From an uncultured Gammaproteobacteria bacterium (lineage in GTDB: Bacteria; Patescibacteriota; Patescibacteriia; Magasanikbacterales; UBA922), in the NCBI GenBank assembly GCA_964345045.1, contig CAYFPM010000001.1:236215-300214 (forward strand): a DNA stretch of 64,000 bases, read 5' to 3'. The position numbers were made by a program, and so were the translations under genes. The notes beneath the pieces are model-generated. The model saw only the letters and a program-made list of their open reading frames with translations. It was not told where the DNA came from and made no database searches. This document shows positions 45,996 through 54,586 of the stretch, piece by piece; position 1 is the first letter of the stretch, and each line of letters opens with the position of its first letter.

Positions 45996-46069
45996 TGCGC
46001 GCCGAGGGATTCGAACCCCCGACCCCCTCGGTGTAAACGAGATGCTCTAACCAACTGAGCTAGGCGCGC
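45996..46069 (-). tRNA. tRNA-Val (anticodon TAC), CCA not encoded
   Basis: Reverse complement GCGCGCCTAGCTCAGTTGGTTAGAGCATCTCGTTTACACCGAGGGGGTCGGGGGTTCGAATCCCTCGGCGCGCA. Confidence 0.85.
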
Positions 46070-46127
46070 TTTTTTGATGAGATTAAATATACCAGAAAGT
46101 GATTGAGTCGTCAAGATGTGATATAAT

Positions 46128-47330
46128 GTGTCCATTATGATAGAAGAAAAACCATACGAACCATTAAAAGAAACCAAGCTAATCAAGCACCATGGAATTT
46201 TTCGTAGAGAGCTTACCTTGTTCCAAGCTACCGCTCTTATAATAAGTACTACCATTGGAGCCGGGATCTTGGGAGTACCTTTTGTAATTGCCAAAATCGG
46301 AGTTGGTTTTGGAATTACCTATATTATACTAGTAGGTATCCTAATGATGGGATTGAACCTGTTGGTAGGGGAGATCGCTGTAAACAACGGCAAGAGAATG
46401 CAGCTGGTTGGTTTTGCCGGAAGATATCTGGGAAAAACCGGAAAATGGATCATGGCTATATTGATGTATTCTTTGGGAATGGGATCTATAAGCGCGTACA
46501 TAATTGGAGAAGGTCAAACTTTGGCAGAACTTTTTGGCAATACCCCTTTTTTCTGGAGTTCTGTTTTTTTTATTGTTATTGCATTTTTAATTTTTGTAGG
46601 ACTTCGAACTATAAAAACAGTAGAACTTTTTTTGAGTTTAGGAATTTTGTTGGTAGCCATAGGTATTGCAGCCGTATCTGCTCCACATATAGAGTTGCCA
46701 CATTTGGGTCATGTAGATTTGGCACATATATTTTTGCCTTATGGTGTACTTTTGTTTGCATATCACGGGGTCAATGCTATCCCAGAAGCACACAGTTTGC
46801 TTATAAAAAGAGATGTTACTTTCAAAAAAGCGATTGTTATTTCTTCTATCGTTAGTATTTTTATTTATGCTTTGTTTTCTTTTGTAGTAGTAGGAGCAAC
46901 CGGTCTAGAAACTACAGAAATAGCCACCATCGGTTTGGGGCAAAAAGTTGGTAAAGCCGTGTTTGTATTTGGAAATATTTTTGCTGCTTTGGCTATGGGG
47001 ACAAGTGCACTTATGGTGGGGCTAGCTATGACAGATTCATTAAGTTGGGATTACAAAGTAAATAGAATACTGGCAACAGCTATTGCCTGTTTGCCGCCAT
47101 ATTTGGTTTTTGTGTTTGGATTTAGAGATTTTATCGTTGCTCTAAATGTGGTTGGTGGCATCCTTATGAGTATAGAATCTTTGCTAATCTTGCTTATGTA
47201 CTGGCGAGCCAAACAAATGGGGCATTGGAAAAGAGGCAAATACAACCTACATCACACAGCTTTTATAGGTATGGCACTGTTACTTGCATTGTCTCTAGGG
47301 GCGGTGTATAGTGTATGGAAGTTGTTTTAG
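46128..47330 (+). CDS. Amino-acid-permease-like membrane transporter (APC-type)
   Basis: 400 aa with about 11 TM helices. The N-terminal LFQATALIISTTIGAGILGVPF is a typical aa-transporter signature. Confidence 0.6.
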   Translation: MSIMIEEKPYEPLKETKLIKHHGIFRRELTLFQATALIISTTIGAGILGVPFVIAKIGVGFGITYIILVGILMMGLNLLVGEIAVNNGKRMQLVGFAGRYLGKTGKWIMAILMYSLGMGSISAYIIGEGQTLAELFGNTPFFWSSVFFIVIAFLIFVGLRTIKTVELFLSLGILLVAIGIAAVSAPHIELPHLGHVDLAHIFLPYGVLLFAYHGVNAIPEAHSLLIKRDVTFKKAIVISSIVSIFIYALFSFVVVGATGLETTEIATIGLGQKVGKAVFVFGNIFAALAMGTSALMVGLAMTDSLSWDYKVNRILATAIACLPPYLVFVFGFRDFIVALNVVGGILMSIESLLILLMYWRAKQMGHWKRGKYNLHHTAFIGMALLLALSLGAVYSVWKLF

Positions 47331-47562
47331 AGGCTTAGGGGGCTTGCAAAGCTTGCTAGGCTTACAAAGCTGCTTCTAAATCATGTTGAGAAAATGGTGT
47401 TCGTTGTTGGCCGGTTTACCTATACCAATTGGTTACTGCTCAACAACGTCCTCATGCATTCCCAAAATGCATCCTATCTTCTCAAACAACTTAGCGTTGT
47501 TTTTTTATTATTAAAGCCTTGTGAGCCTAGCAAGCCTCACAGGCCTTGTAAGCTTTTTTAGT
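47331..47562 (+). promoter_or_regulatory. metK 5' leader with mutually exclusive pairings. Candidate riboregulator, class unassigned.
   Basis: gttgag and cgttgttg can each pair with the downstream ctcaacaacg. The palindrome atgcatt..aaatgcat is present. Repeated gcttgcaaagcttgc / aagcctcacagg motifs. Confidence 0.2.
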
Positions 47563-48711
47563 ATGTCAGAAAAATATTATTTTACTTCGGAATCTGTATC
47601 CGAAGGGCATCCGGACAAAATTTGTGATCAGATATCCGACGCAGTCCTAGACGCAATTATTGCCGACGATCCAGAGGCAAGAGTAGCCGTAGAGTGTCTT
47701 ACCAAAACCGGTTTTGTAATTGTTGCCGGAGAAGTGCGTACCAAGACTTATGTAGACGTACAAAAGATCGCTCGCGATACAATTTTGGAAATTGGTTACA
47801 ATGATCCTTCTTTTGGATTTGAAGGAAGTACTTGTGGAGTCTTGTCTGCTATCTCGGAGCAATCACCAGATATTGCTATGGGAGTAGACGAAGGGCAAGA
47901 AAAAGAATTGGGAGCAGGGGATCAAGGATTGATGTTTGGTTATGCCAGTAATGAAACTCCGGAATACATGCCACTACCAATTATAATGGCACACAAAATT
48001 ACCAAAAAATTATCAGAAGTGCGAAAAGCAAAAGAGCTAAATTATTTGCGTCCCGATGCCAAGAGCCAGGTAACAGTAGAGTACGTAGATGGGCAACCTC
48101 AAAGAATTGATACTGTAGTAGTCTCTACCCAACACAATCCAGACATATCACTAGAAACTATTCGTGAAGATGTAATTGAAAAAATTGTAAAACCAGTTTG
48201 TGGAGATTGGTTGGACGAAAATACCAAATACCATATCAACCCTACAGGTAAGTTTGTAATCGGAGGGCCGGTAGGAGATGCTGGTTTAACCGGTAGAAAA
48301 ATTATTGTCGATACTTATGGTGGACATGGTAGCCATGGTGGAGGATGTTTTTCTGGCAAAGATCCAAGCAAGGTAGACAGATCTGCTTCTTACTATGCTC
48401 GCTACGTAGCCAAAAATGTAGTCGCTGCCGGATTGGCCGACAAGTGTGAAGTGCAAGTAGCTTATGCTATTGGGGTGACTGACCCGGTTAGTATTTTGGT
48501 ACAAACTTTTGGAACTGGCAAAAAATCAGATAACGAAATTGAAAAAATTGTTAAAGAAGTTTTTGATTTTCGACCAAAAGCTATTATAGAGCAGCTAGAT
48601 CTACTAAAGCCTATTTACAAAGCTACGGCAGCCTACGGACACTTTGGTCGAGACGAATTCCCTTGGGAAAAATTGGACAAAGTAGAAGAATTAAAAATTA
48701 AAATAAGTTAA
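47563..48711 (+). CDS. metK: S-adenosylmethionine synthetase
   Basis: [21 protein letters not shown]...GGGAFSGKD-type motifs ([10 protein letters not shown]). Confidence 0.95.
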   Translation: MSEKYYFTSESVSEGHPDKICDQISDAVLDAIIADDPEARVAVECLTKTGFVIVAGEVRTKTYVDVQKIARDTILEIGYNDPSFGFEGSTCGVLSAISEQSPDIAMGVDEGQEKELGAGDQGLMFGYASNETPEYMPLPIIMAHKITKKLSEVRKAKELNYLRPDAKSQVTVEYVDGQPQRIDTVVVSTQHNPDISLETIREDVIEKIVKPVCGDWLDENTKYHINPTGKFVIGGPVGDAGLTGRKIIVDTYGGHGSHGGGCFSGKDPSKVDRSASYYARYVAKNVVAAGLADKCEVQVAYAIGVTDPVSILVQTFGTGKKSDNEIEKIVKEVFDFRPKAIIEQLDLLKPIYKATAAYGHFGRDEFPWEKLDKVEELKIKIS

Positions 48712-48718
48712 ATAAAAA

Positions 48719-48750
48719 TCCCGTACCAATTAGGTACGGGATTGTTTTTT
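48719..48750 (+). terminator. Rho-independent terminator after metK
   Basis: cccgtaccaattaggtacggg attgtttttt. Confidence 0.65.
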
Positions 48751-48756
48751 GAGAAG

Positions 48757-49339
48757 TTGAGTGTCGCGTGACCCAACTCTTCACCTAAGGAAGTTCAGAC
48801 CCTTCATCCCTACCTGGCCTCAAGAGGAGGCGCAGGTGGGCTTCCGTTTTGTCAGTTTGAGGGGCCCCAAGCAACTTGTCCGCCGGTTGCTTTCGGGGAA
48901 GTATGTTTAGGGCGGCATTCACCACCCCTTTCAACGTGTCGGAAGTGTAAGGTCTTTCCAAGTACCCCTGAATTATCCCACCTTCAATCAACTGGCGCAT
49001 TTCGGGCACAACAGCGCTCGACCAGCCAGAAGTTATGACGACAGAAGTCTCCCAGTCGGTTCCTCGGAGTTCCTGAACAAATCGCAAACCGAACGCGTCC
49101 TTACCTAGGTTTACAATAACCAGGCGGAATTGTCCGGATTGTGCTCGTTGAATTCCTTCGCCGCCATCGCTGGTCGACGAAACTTCCACACTTTTCACAC
49201 AGCGTGAGATGCCCCGATGTAACATCTCTGCCATCGGGAACCTCACGTTGGTGTCCACTACCAGTATTTTGTGCAAGAGGCACCCCCTTTCGTGGGGTCA
49301 TCCCTTCTCGCTAGCTAGGAGTGGGTCACGCGACAAGCC
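48757..49339. mobile_element. GC-rich (about 55%) cassette bounded by inverted repeats of about 18 bp, carrying one ORF
   Basis: Left gagtgtcgcgtgacccaactc and right gagtgggtcacgcgacaag are reverse complements of each other, 17 of 18 positions. The cassette sits between the metK terminator and uppP. Confidence 0.45.
48785..49276 (-). CDS. Stand-alone CheY-like receiver domain with Asp-to-Asn at the phospho-acceptor position (pseudo-receiver)
   Basis: KILVVDTN... QFRLVIVNLGKD ... SVVITSG ... GGIIQGYLERPYT follow the receiver-fold motif order. Asn stands where the phosphorylated Asp would be. Confidence 0.5.
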   Translation of the reverse strand: MHKILVVDTNVRFPMAEMLHRGISRCVKSVEVSSTSDGGEGIQRAQSGQFRLVIVNLGKDAFGLRFVQELRGTDWETSVVITSGWSSAVVPEMRQLIEGGIIQGYLERPYTSDTLKGVVNAALNILPRKQPADKLLGAPQTDKTEAHLRLLLRPGRDEGSELP

Positions 49340-49414
49340 ATTCTATTATATTTTTTAGGTATTGTCAAGGCATAAGATTGCTTTTTTGCCTAAAATAAGC
49401 TATTATCTCTGTAT

Positions 49415-50323
49415 ATGACAGCTCTAGAAGCCCTAGTTTTGGGCATAATCCAAGGTTTAACAGAGTTTTTGCCAGTCTCTTCGTCTGGCCATCTTGTATT
49501 TATGCCACATATTTTTGGCTGGGCATATCAGGGTTTGGCTTTCGATGTAGTGGTGCATATGGGCACTTTGGTGGCAGTAATTTTTTATTTTAGAAAAAAG
49601 CTGTGGCAGATAGTAAAGTCTCTTTTTTCCAAGAATATTGGTCAGACTGCCGGTACTCCCTTAGACTCGTCCTCCCTTCCGCAGACCCCCTCTTCCCGCT
49701 CGCTCCGCTCGCGGGGTCTCCCCCTAAAAGGGGGAGAGGAAACAAATGTTTCTAGACTAGGATGGTTTCTTTTGCTTAGCATTATCCCAGCTGGTTTATT
49801 TGGATTGCTACTGGGGGATTTTGTAGAGACTAGTTTGCGTTCGCCTTGGGTGGTGGGAGTTAGTCTAATTTTTTGGGCAGTGGTACTGGCTGCTGCCGAT
49901 GGTTTTGGCAAAGGCCTTGCAGACAAAAAAGCCAACAAAGACTTAGAAAAAATAACTTTTAAAAATGTGTTGTTTATTGCCTTGGCTCAGGCAATAGCTT
50001 TAATCCCAGGGACTTCTCGTTCTGGTATTACTATGACTGCCGGGCTATTTGCTAAGCTAGACAAAAAGTCTGCTGCCGAATTTAGTTTTCTTATGTCGGT
50101 GCCGGTCATAACTTTGGCCGGAGTCTACAAACTTTTTCAAGTAATAAACAATGGAACAATGGGGCAATGGGACAATACGTTTTTAGTAGGCTTCTTGGCT
50201 TCCACAATCAGTGGTTTTCTAGCTATCAAGTTTTTAATGAAGATAATCCAAAAGTGGAGTTTTATGCCGTTTGTAGTTTATAGAGTGGCCATTGGGACTC
50301 TCATCCTTTTTTATCTTACTTAA
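49415..50323 (+). CDS. uppP: Undecaprenyl-diphosphatase (BacA/UppP) with an in-frame GC-rich hairpin insertion in a loop
   Basis: GLTEFLPVSSSGHL ... PGTSRSGITM are BacA motifs. A roughly 35-aa Pro/Ser/Arg-rich insert (TAGTPLDSSSLPQTPSSRSLRSRGLPLKGGEETNV) sits between TM2 and TM3. Confidence 0.9.
   Translation: MTALEALVLGIIQGLTEFLPVSSSGHLVFMPHIFGWAYQGLAFDVVVHMGTLVAVIFYFRKKLWQIVKSLFSKNIGQTAGTPLDSSSLPQTPSSRSLRSRGLPLKGGEETNVSRLGWFLLLSIIPAGLFGLLLGDFVETSLRSPWVVGVSLIFWAVVLAAADGFGKGLADKKANKDLEKITFKNVLFIALAQAIALIPGTSRSGITMTAGLFAKLDKKSAAEFSFLMSVPVITLAGVYKLFQVINNGTMGQWDNTFLVGFLASTISGFLAIKFLMKIIQKWSFMPFVVYRVAIGTLILFYLT
49655..49745. repeat. F2-family GC-rich hairpin element inserted in-frame in uppP
   Basis: gctcgctccgctcgcgggg tctcccccTAAAAgggggaga gg. 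Compare 8629..8692. Confidence 0.55.
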
Positions 50324-50326
50324 GAT

Positions 50327-51778
50327 ATGGATATAAAGAAAGTTTTTAAAACAATTTACAAAGTTTCCAAAGCTACAAAAACAGAAGTCTACATTGTGGG
50401 TGGTTTTGTGCGTGATGAAATTTTGGGAAAAGAAATTAAAAAAGATCTAGACTTTGTAGTGCTTGGTTCTGGATTGGAATTTGCCAAAGCAGTTGATAAA
50501 GAATTAAAAGAAGCTGGATCTTTGGTAGAATTTTCAGATTTTGATACTGCCAGATACGTATTTACTCACGAAAACAAAGAAGGTCAAAAAATAATAGATC
50601 TGGAAGTAGAATTTGCCGGAGCCAGAAGTGAGAAATACGAAAAAGACTCTAGAAAACCAGTTGTTTCTCCGGCTACTTTGGAAGAAGATTTGAGCAGGCG
50701 AGATTTTACAGTCAATGCAATGGCTAGAAAGGTTGGGGCATTGGGAAAACTTGGCAAAGTAGTCGATCCATTCGATGGGCAAAAAGATTTGAAGGCAAAA
50801 ATTTTGAAAACTCCTCTTGATCCGGATGAAACATTTTTTGATGATCCTTTGCGAATGATGAGGGCTGCTAGGTTTGCAGCTCAGCTGGATTTTGCTATTG
50901 AACCAAAAGTTCTAGAAGCTATAGAAAGAAATGCTGAAAGATTAAAAATAATTTCCAAAGAAAGAATAAAAGAAGAACTATTCAAACTTTTGGCAACAAA
51001 AAAACCATCAGTTGGTCTGTGGCTGCTTTATGGTACCAAGTTATTCGATTATTTCTTACCAGAAGTAAACGAGCTTTCTGGAGTAGAAGAGCAAAAAGGT
51101 TATAGTCACAAAGATAATTTGTCTCATAGTTTTGCAGTGGTAGACAATATTGCCGAGTTAACAGATAAACCAATTTTGCGTTATGCTGCACTTTTGCACG
51201 ACATTGCCAAACCTCAAACCAAGAAATTTATTCGTGGCCGTGGTTGGACATTTGATATGCACGAACACCTGGGCAAAAAAATGGCCAGAGATATAAATAG
51301 ACGCTTGCGACTTTCTACAGACGAAAGTAAGTTTGTTTGCAAATTAATCCGGTGGCATTTGCAACCAATTGCGCTAATGGACAAAGGAATAACTGATAGT
51401 GCTGTACGTAGATTAATTGTTAACACTGGAGATGATTTGGAAGATTTGCTTTTTTTGTGTCGTAGCGATATTACAACCGGTAACCAAAATAAAAAGGCCA
51501 GAAGATTAAAAAATTATGATGTATTAAATGAGAGGATAGAAGAAGTAATTGAAAAAGATAAATTGAGAGAATTTCAGTCTCCGGTGCGTGGAGAAGAAAT
51601 TATGAAGATCTGTGGTCTTAAACCAGGGCCAACTATTGGTTCAATTAAAAAAGAATTAGAGCGCGCAATATTGGATGGTGAAGTTCCCAATGAGTACGAG
51701 GCAGTCAAAAAATATTTTGAAGAAATAAAAGAAGACTATTGTAAAAAAGCAGAAGATTGGGAGAAGGAACAAAAATAA
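50327..51778 (+). CDS. cca: tRNA nucleotidyltransferase (CCA-adding enzyme) / poly(A) polymerase family with HD domain
   Basis: VYIVGGFVRDEILGK...DLDFVV is the polymerase-beta-like head. The HD motif is in LLHDIAKP. Confidence 0.85.
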   Translation: MDIKKVFKTIYKVSKATKTEVYIVGGFVRDEILGKEIKKDLDFVVLGSGLEFAKAVDKELKEAGSLVEFSDFDTARYVFTHENKEGQKIIDLEVEFAGARSEKYEKDSRKPVVSPATLEEDLSRRDFTVNAMARKVGALGKLGKVVDPFDGQKDLKAKILKTPLDPDETFFDDPLRMMRAARFAAQLDFAIEPKVLEAIERNAERLKIISKERIKEELFKLLATKKPSVGLWLLYGTKLFDYFLPEVNELSGVEEQKGYSHKDNLSHSFAVVDNIAELTDKPILRYAALLHDIAKPQTKKFIRGRGWTFDMHEHLGKKMARDINRRLRLSTDESKFVCKLIRWHLQPIALMDKGITDSAVRRLIVNTGDDLEDLLFLCRSDITTGNQNKKARRLKNYDVLNERIEEVIEKDKLREFQSPVRGEEIMKICGLKPGPTIGSIKKELERAILDGEVPNEYEAVKKYFEEIKEDYCKKAEDWEKEQK

Positions 51779-51780
51779 TC

Positions 51781-51835
51781 CTTTTTATTTTTTTAGCAAA
51801 TAAAAATCACCGATTTTTGTCGGTGTTTTTTTGTT
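51781..51835 (+). terminator. Terminator-like hairpins after cca
   Basis: aaaaatcaccgatttttgtcggtg ttttttt. Confidence 0.5.
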
Positions 51836-51844
51836 TTGATTCGG

Positions 51845-52110
51845 TGCCGAGTCTGTAGGATAGATCTGGATAAGCCTTGAATACCAGTTTCAACTTTGGG
51901 ATCCGCAGCATGGGACTTCCTCTCTTTTATACTTTACTTAGTTGGTAGATTAGAGGAATGTGCTCCAATGGTGGGGATCTCTCGGCATCTGCCAATGTCC
52001 TTGGTCTACCCGGATCAATCTTACCCCCCAAGGTCGATTACAGCCAGCGTTGGCTACGTTTTTTGGAGGCAGACTCAGCCTATTTATGATAACAAATTTA
52101 GGTGATTTTT
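51845..52110. other. ORF-poor segment of moderately elevated GC. Possible sRNA or gene remnant.
   Basis: About 48% GC. Only a 69-aa low-complexity ORF. No recognisable RNA-family motif. Confidence 0.15.
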
Positions 52111-52149
52111 CAAATTTCAGTAGACTTTTATAGCTAAATTTGCTATTAT

Positions 52150-52875
52150 ATGGCTATAAAACATATGCTTACTATTTGGAACGATTATCTATACCAGCCA
52201 CTTTTTAATTTTTTGATTTGGGTATACAACAATTGGACAGATCAAAATTTGGGTTGGGCTATAGTTTATCTTACTATAATTCTTCGTACAGCTTTGCTCC
52301 CGTTTACATTGGTAAGTGAAAGGAACCGAGTTAGAAACGAAGATTTGGTACAAGAGGTAAAAGATGTACAAAAATCTTATGCCAATGATCCAATCTTGCA
52401 AAAAGAAGAAGTAAGAAAAGTTCTTCGCAAAAGAAAAGTACAACCATGGGCAAAAGTAGTAACACTGGGGATGCAGCTTTTGGTATTGGTACTTTTGTAT
52501 CAAGTATTTTTGCGAGGGATCACTGGAGAGAAGCTGCTAAAAATATTATACCCGACCATAGCTTTTCCAGGTAAGATTGAAACTATTTTTTATGGATTTG
52601 AGCTAGAGGCTAGATATGGTTATGTATTTCCTGGTATAGTTACAACAATGTTATTTTTGGAAATTTATCTAGAATTCCGCAAAAGAGAAACTCCTCTCAA
52701 CAAAGGAGATTTGGCTTATTTTGTACTTTTCCCAATTGGGGTGTTTATTGTACTTTGGACGTTGCCGATGGTAAAAGCTCTCTTTATATTGACATCAATG
52801 GTATTTTCTATTATCATTGGTTGGTTAAGTCGAGGTATGTTTCGTAGTATAAAAAACAAGGCTAAACCGGCTTAG
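52150..52875 (+). CDS. yidC: YidC/Oxa1-family membrane protein insertase (short form)
   Basis: LGWAIVYLTIILRTALLPFTL ... conserved C-terminal TM bundle. Confidence 0.7.
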   Translation: MAIKHMLTIWNDYLYQPLFNFLIWVYNNWTDQNLGWAIVYLTIILRTALLPFTLVSERNRVRNEDLVQEVKDVQKSYANDPILQKEEVRKVLRKRKVQPWAKVVTLGMQLLVLVLLYQVFLRGITGEKLLKILYPTIAFPGKIETIFYGFELEARYGYVFPGIVTTMLFLEIYLEFRKRETPLNKGDLAYFVLFPIGVFIVLWTLPMVKALFILTSMVFSIIIGWLSRGMFRSIKNKAKPA

Positions 52876-52892
52876 TATTTAATAAATAAAAT

Positions 52893-53483
52893 ATGTCAGA
52901 ATCATTGGACAAATTGATGTATTCATTTGTAATGGAGGATGTCCTCAAAGGACTCTTTATTTACGTTCCACCAGGATACGTAGCTTGTGTTTATGATTTG
53001 GGTAGGGGAGTATTGAAAAAAGTTCTTACACCAGGACTACATTTCAAAATTCCTTTTTGGCAAAAGGCCAAACTTTTTAACACTCAAACTTTGGAATACA
53101 GTATCAATAGAGATTTTAATGCTATCAATGAAAAAGCTATGGGAGACATTCCCATTGCTGCTGTGACTCAAGATGGTAAACGTATCGGAGTAGAAGGAAC
53201 AATCTTACTTAGATTGGATATTCATCAAATCCCGGCTATTTGGCAAACTATAGGAGAAGATTTTGTAGCCAAAATTATTCGTCCTACCGTGCGCAGTCGT
53301 ATCCGCATGGTAGCTAGTCGCTACGAACAAGACCAAATGATGGGCGCCCAAAGAGATGCTGTGGAGACAGATCTAAAAAACGAATTAGAAAGAATATTTT
53401 ACTCCAGAGGAATTTTTGTAGAAAATATTTTGCTTAGTGAAATTGCCAATATTAGTGAGTACAGCAAAACCGCCGAAAAATAA
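52893..53483 (+). CDS. SPFH/band-7 domain protein
   Basis: VPPGYVACVYDLGRGVLKKVLTPGLHFKIPF... is the SPFH fold pattern. Confidence 0.7.
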   Translation: MSESLDKLMYSFVMEDVLKGLFIYVPPGYVACVYDLGRGVLKKVLTPGLHFKIPFWQKAKLFNTQTLEYSINRDFNAINEKAMGDIPIAAVTQDGKRIGVEGTILLRLDIHQIPAIWQTIGEDFVAKIIRPTVRSRIRMVASRYEQDQMMGAQRDAVETDLKNELERIFYSRGIFVENILLSEIANISEYSKTAEK

Positions 53484-53557
53484 AATAAAATTTTTAGCTA
53501 AAAAAATCCCTAAATTTAGGGATTTTTTTGTGTTTGATTAGCACTTGTGGATAAACG

Positions 53558-53608
53558 TTGACAGCTTTTTTTGGGCATGATAGTATCACTCTACTAATAT
53601 GAGTGATA
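53558..53608 (+). promoter_or_regulatory. Sigma70-type promoter followed by a CIRCE-like inverted repeat (HrcA operator variant)
   Basis: -35 TTGACA at 53558-53563, a 17-nt spacer, -10 TAGTAT at 53581-53586. Then TATCACTC-N9-GAGTGATA at 53584-53608, against the CIRCE consensus TTAGCACTC-N9-GAGTGCTAA. An extra TTAGCACTT half-site lies at 53537-53545. Confidence 0.5.
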
Positions 53609-53632
53609 ACCTGCCCAACTTTCTATTTTGCT

Positions 53633-53872
53633 ATGTATTATGTCTATTTACTACAAAGTCAAGAAGACGATGCTCTATACACGGGTTATGCCAATGATCT
53701 AAAAAAAGATTGGTAGAGCACAATGGTGGCAAGAATTTTTCTACCAAATACAGGAGACCCTTTACCCTGGTTTACTACGAAGCTTATCAGAATATCAAAG
53801 ACGCTAAAGCTAGGGAAAAATTTTTAAAAACAGGTTGAGGTAGAAACTATATTAAAAAAGTTTTGAAGAATT
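53633..53872 (+). pseudogene. GIY-YIG nuclease gene (paralog of 6186..6428) disrupted by frameshifts at A-homopolymers
   Basis: MYYVYLLQSQEDDALYTGYANDLKK then stop. The +1 frame continues RLVEHNGGKNFSTKYRRPFTLVYYEAYQNIKDAKAREKFLK. The break is in a run of seven A. A second likely shift is in the a5 run near 53840. Confidence 0.5.
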
Positions 53873-53875
53873 ACT

Positions 53876-54583
53876 ATGAAGATAGAAAGTTGGGCGGGTG
53901 ATAACCTTACAAATAGAAAAAAACAGCTTTTGGCTTTGGTAGTAGAAAGCTATATTGAGACCGCTGAACCAGTGGGCTCTAGATTTTTGGTAGAAACAGC
54001 CGGACTAGAAATGAGTGGAGCTACAGTAAGAAATGAGCTGCGAGAATTAGAAGAAATGGGCTATCTAAGCCACCCTCATACTTCGGCCGGTCGTGTCCCC
54101 ACAGAAGCTGGTTACAAATATTACATCCAAAATGTAATGAAGCCAGTAGAACCAAAAAAACGAGTTAGAGAAGAACTCCAACAAATTAGACAAGCCGAAG
54201 CCGAGCAAAATGCCAAGTTAAAACAGATTGCCAAATATTTGTCTGGTTATATGGGCGGAGCTGTAATTGTTTCTTTTCCAGACAATAGTTTGTACTACAC
54301 AGGTTTGTCCAATTTGTTTAGTCAACCAGAGTTTCATGATTTTGATCAAACTATAAGTATTTCGGCAGTTTTTGATGAATGTGAAAATTATATGCTAGAA
54401 TTGCTCGATCGTATGGGACTAGAAGATTCGGCTGTAATGCTTGGTTCTGGAAATCCTTTTGGAGAAAATTATAGCACTGTAACTATAAAAATGGATGATA
54501 ACGTAATAGCCCTGGTAGGACCAATGCGTATGCCGTACAGAAAAACAATGGGAATATTAGAATTTATTAAAGATTTACAATAA
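53876..54583 (+). CDS. hrcA: Heat-inducible transcription repressor HrcA
   Basis: LLALVVESYIETAEPVGSRFL...GATVRNELRELEEMGYL. Confidence 0.9.
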   Translation: MKIESWAGDNLTNRKKQLLALVVESYIETAEPVGSRFLVETAGLEMSGATVRNELRELEEMGYLSHPHTSAGRVPTEAGYKYYIQNVMKPVEPKKRVREELQQIRQAEAEQNAKLKQIAKYLSGYMGGAVIVSFPDNSLYYTGLSNLFSQPEFHDFDQTISISAVFDECENYMLELLDRMGLEDSAVMLGSGNPFGENYSTVTIKMDDNVIALVGPMRMPYRKTMGILEFIKDLQ

Positions 54584-54586
54584 TTT

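Noticed and set aside
45953-46294. 113-aa minus-strand ORF overlapping tRNA-Val and the permease start
   Set aside because: Its C-terminus (AQLVRASRLHRGGRGFES) is the reading of the tRNA. It lies antisense to the real permease N-terminus.
47331-47562. SAM-I riboswitch call for the metK leader
   Set aside because: The SAM-I core (GAGGGA, GGCCC, GCAACC, kink-turn) is absent. Only generic alternative pairing is visible.
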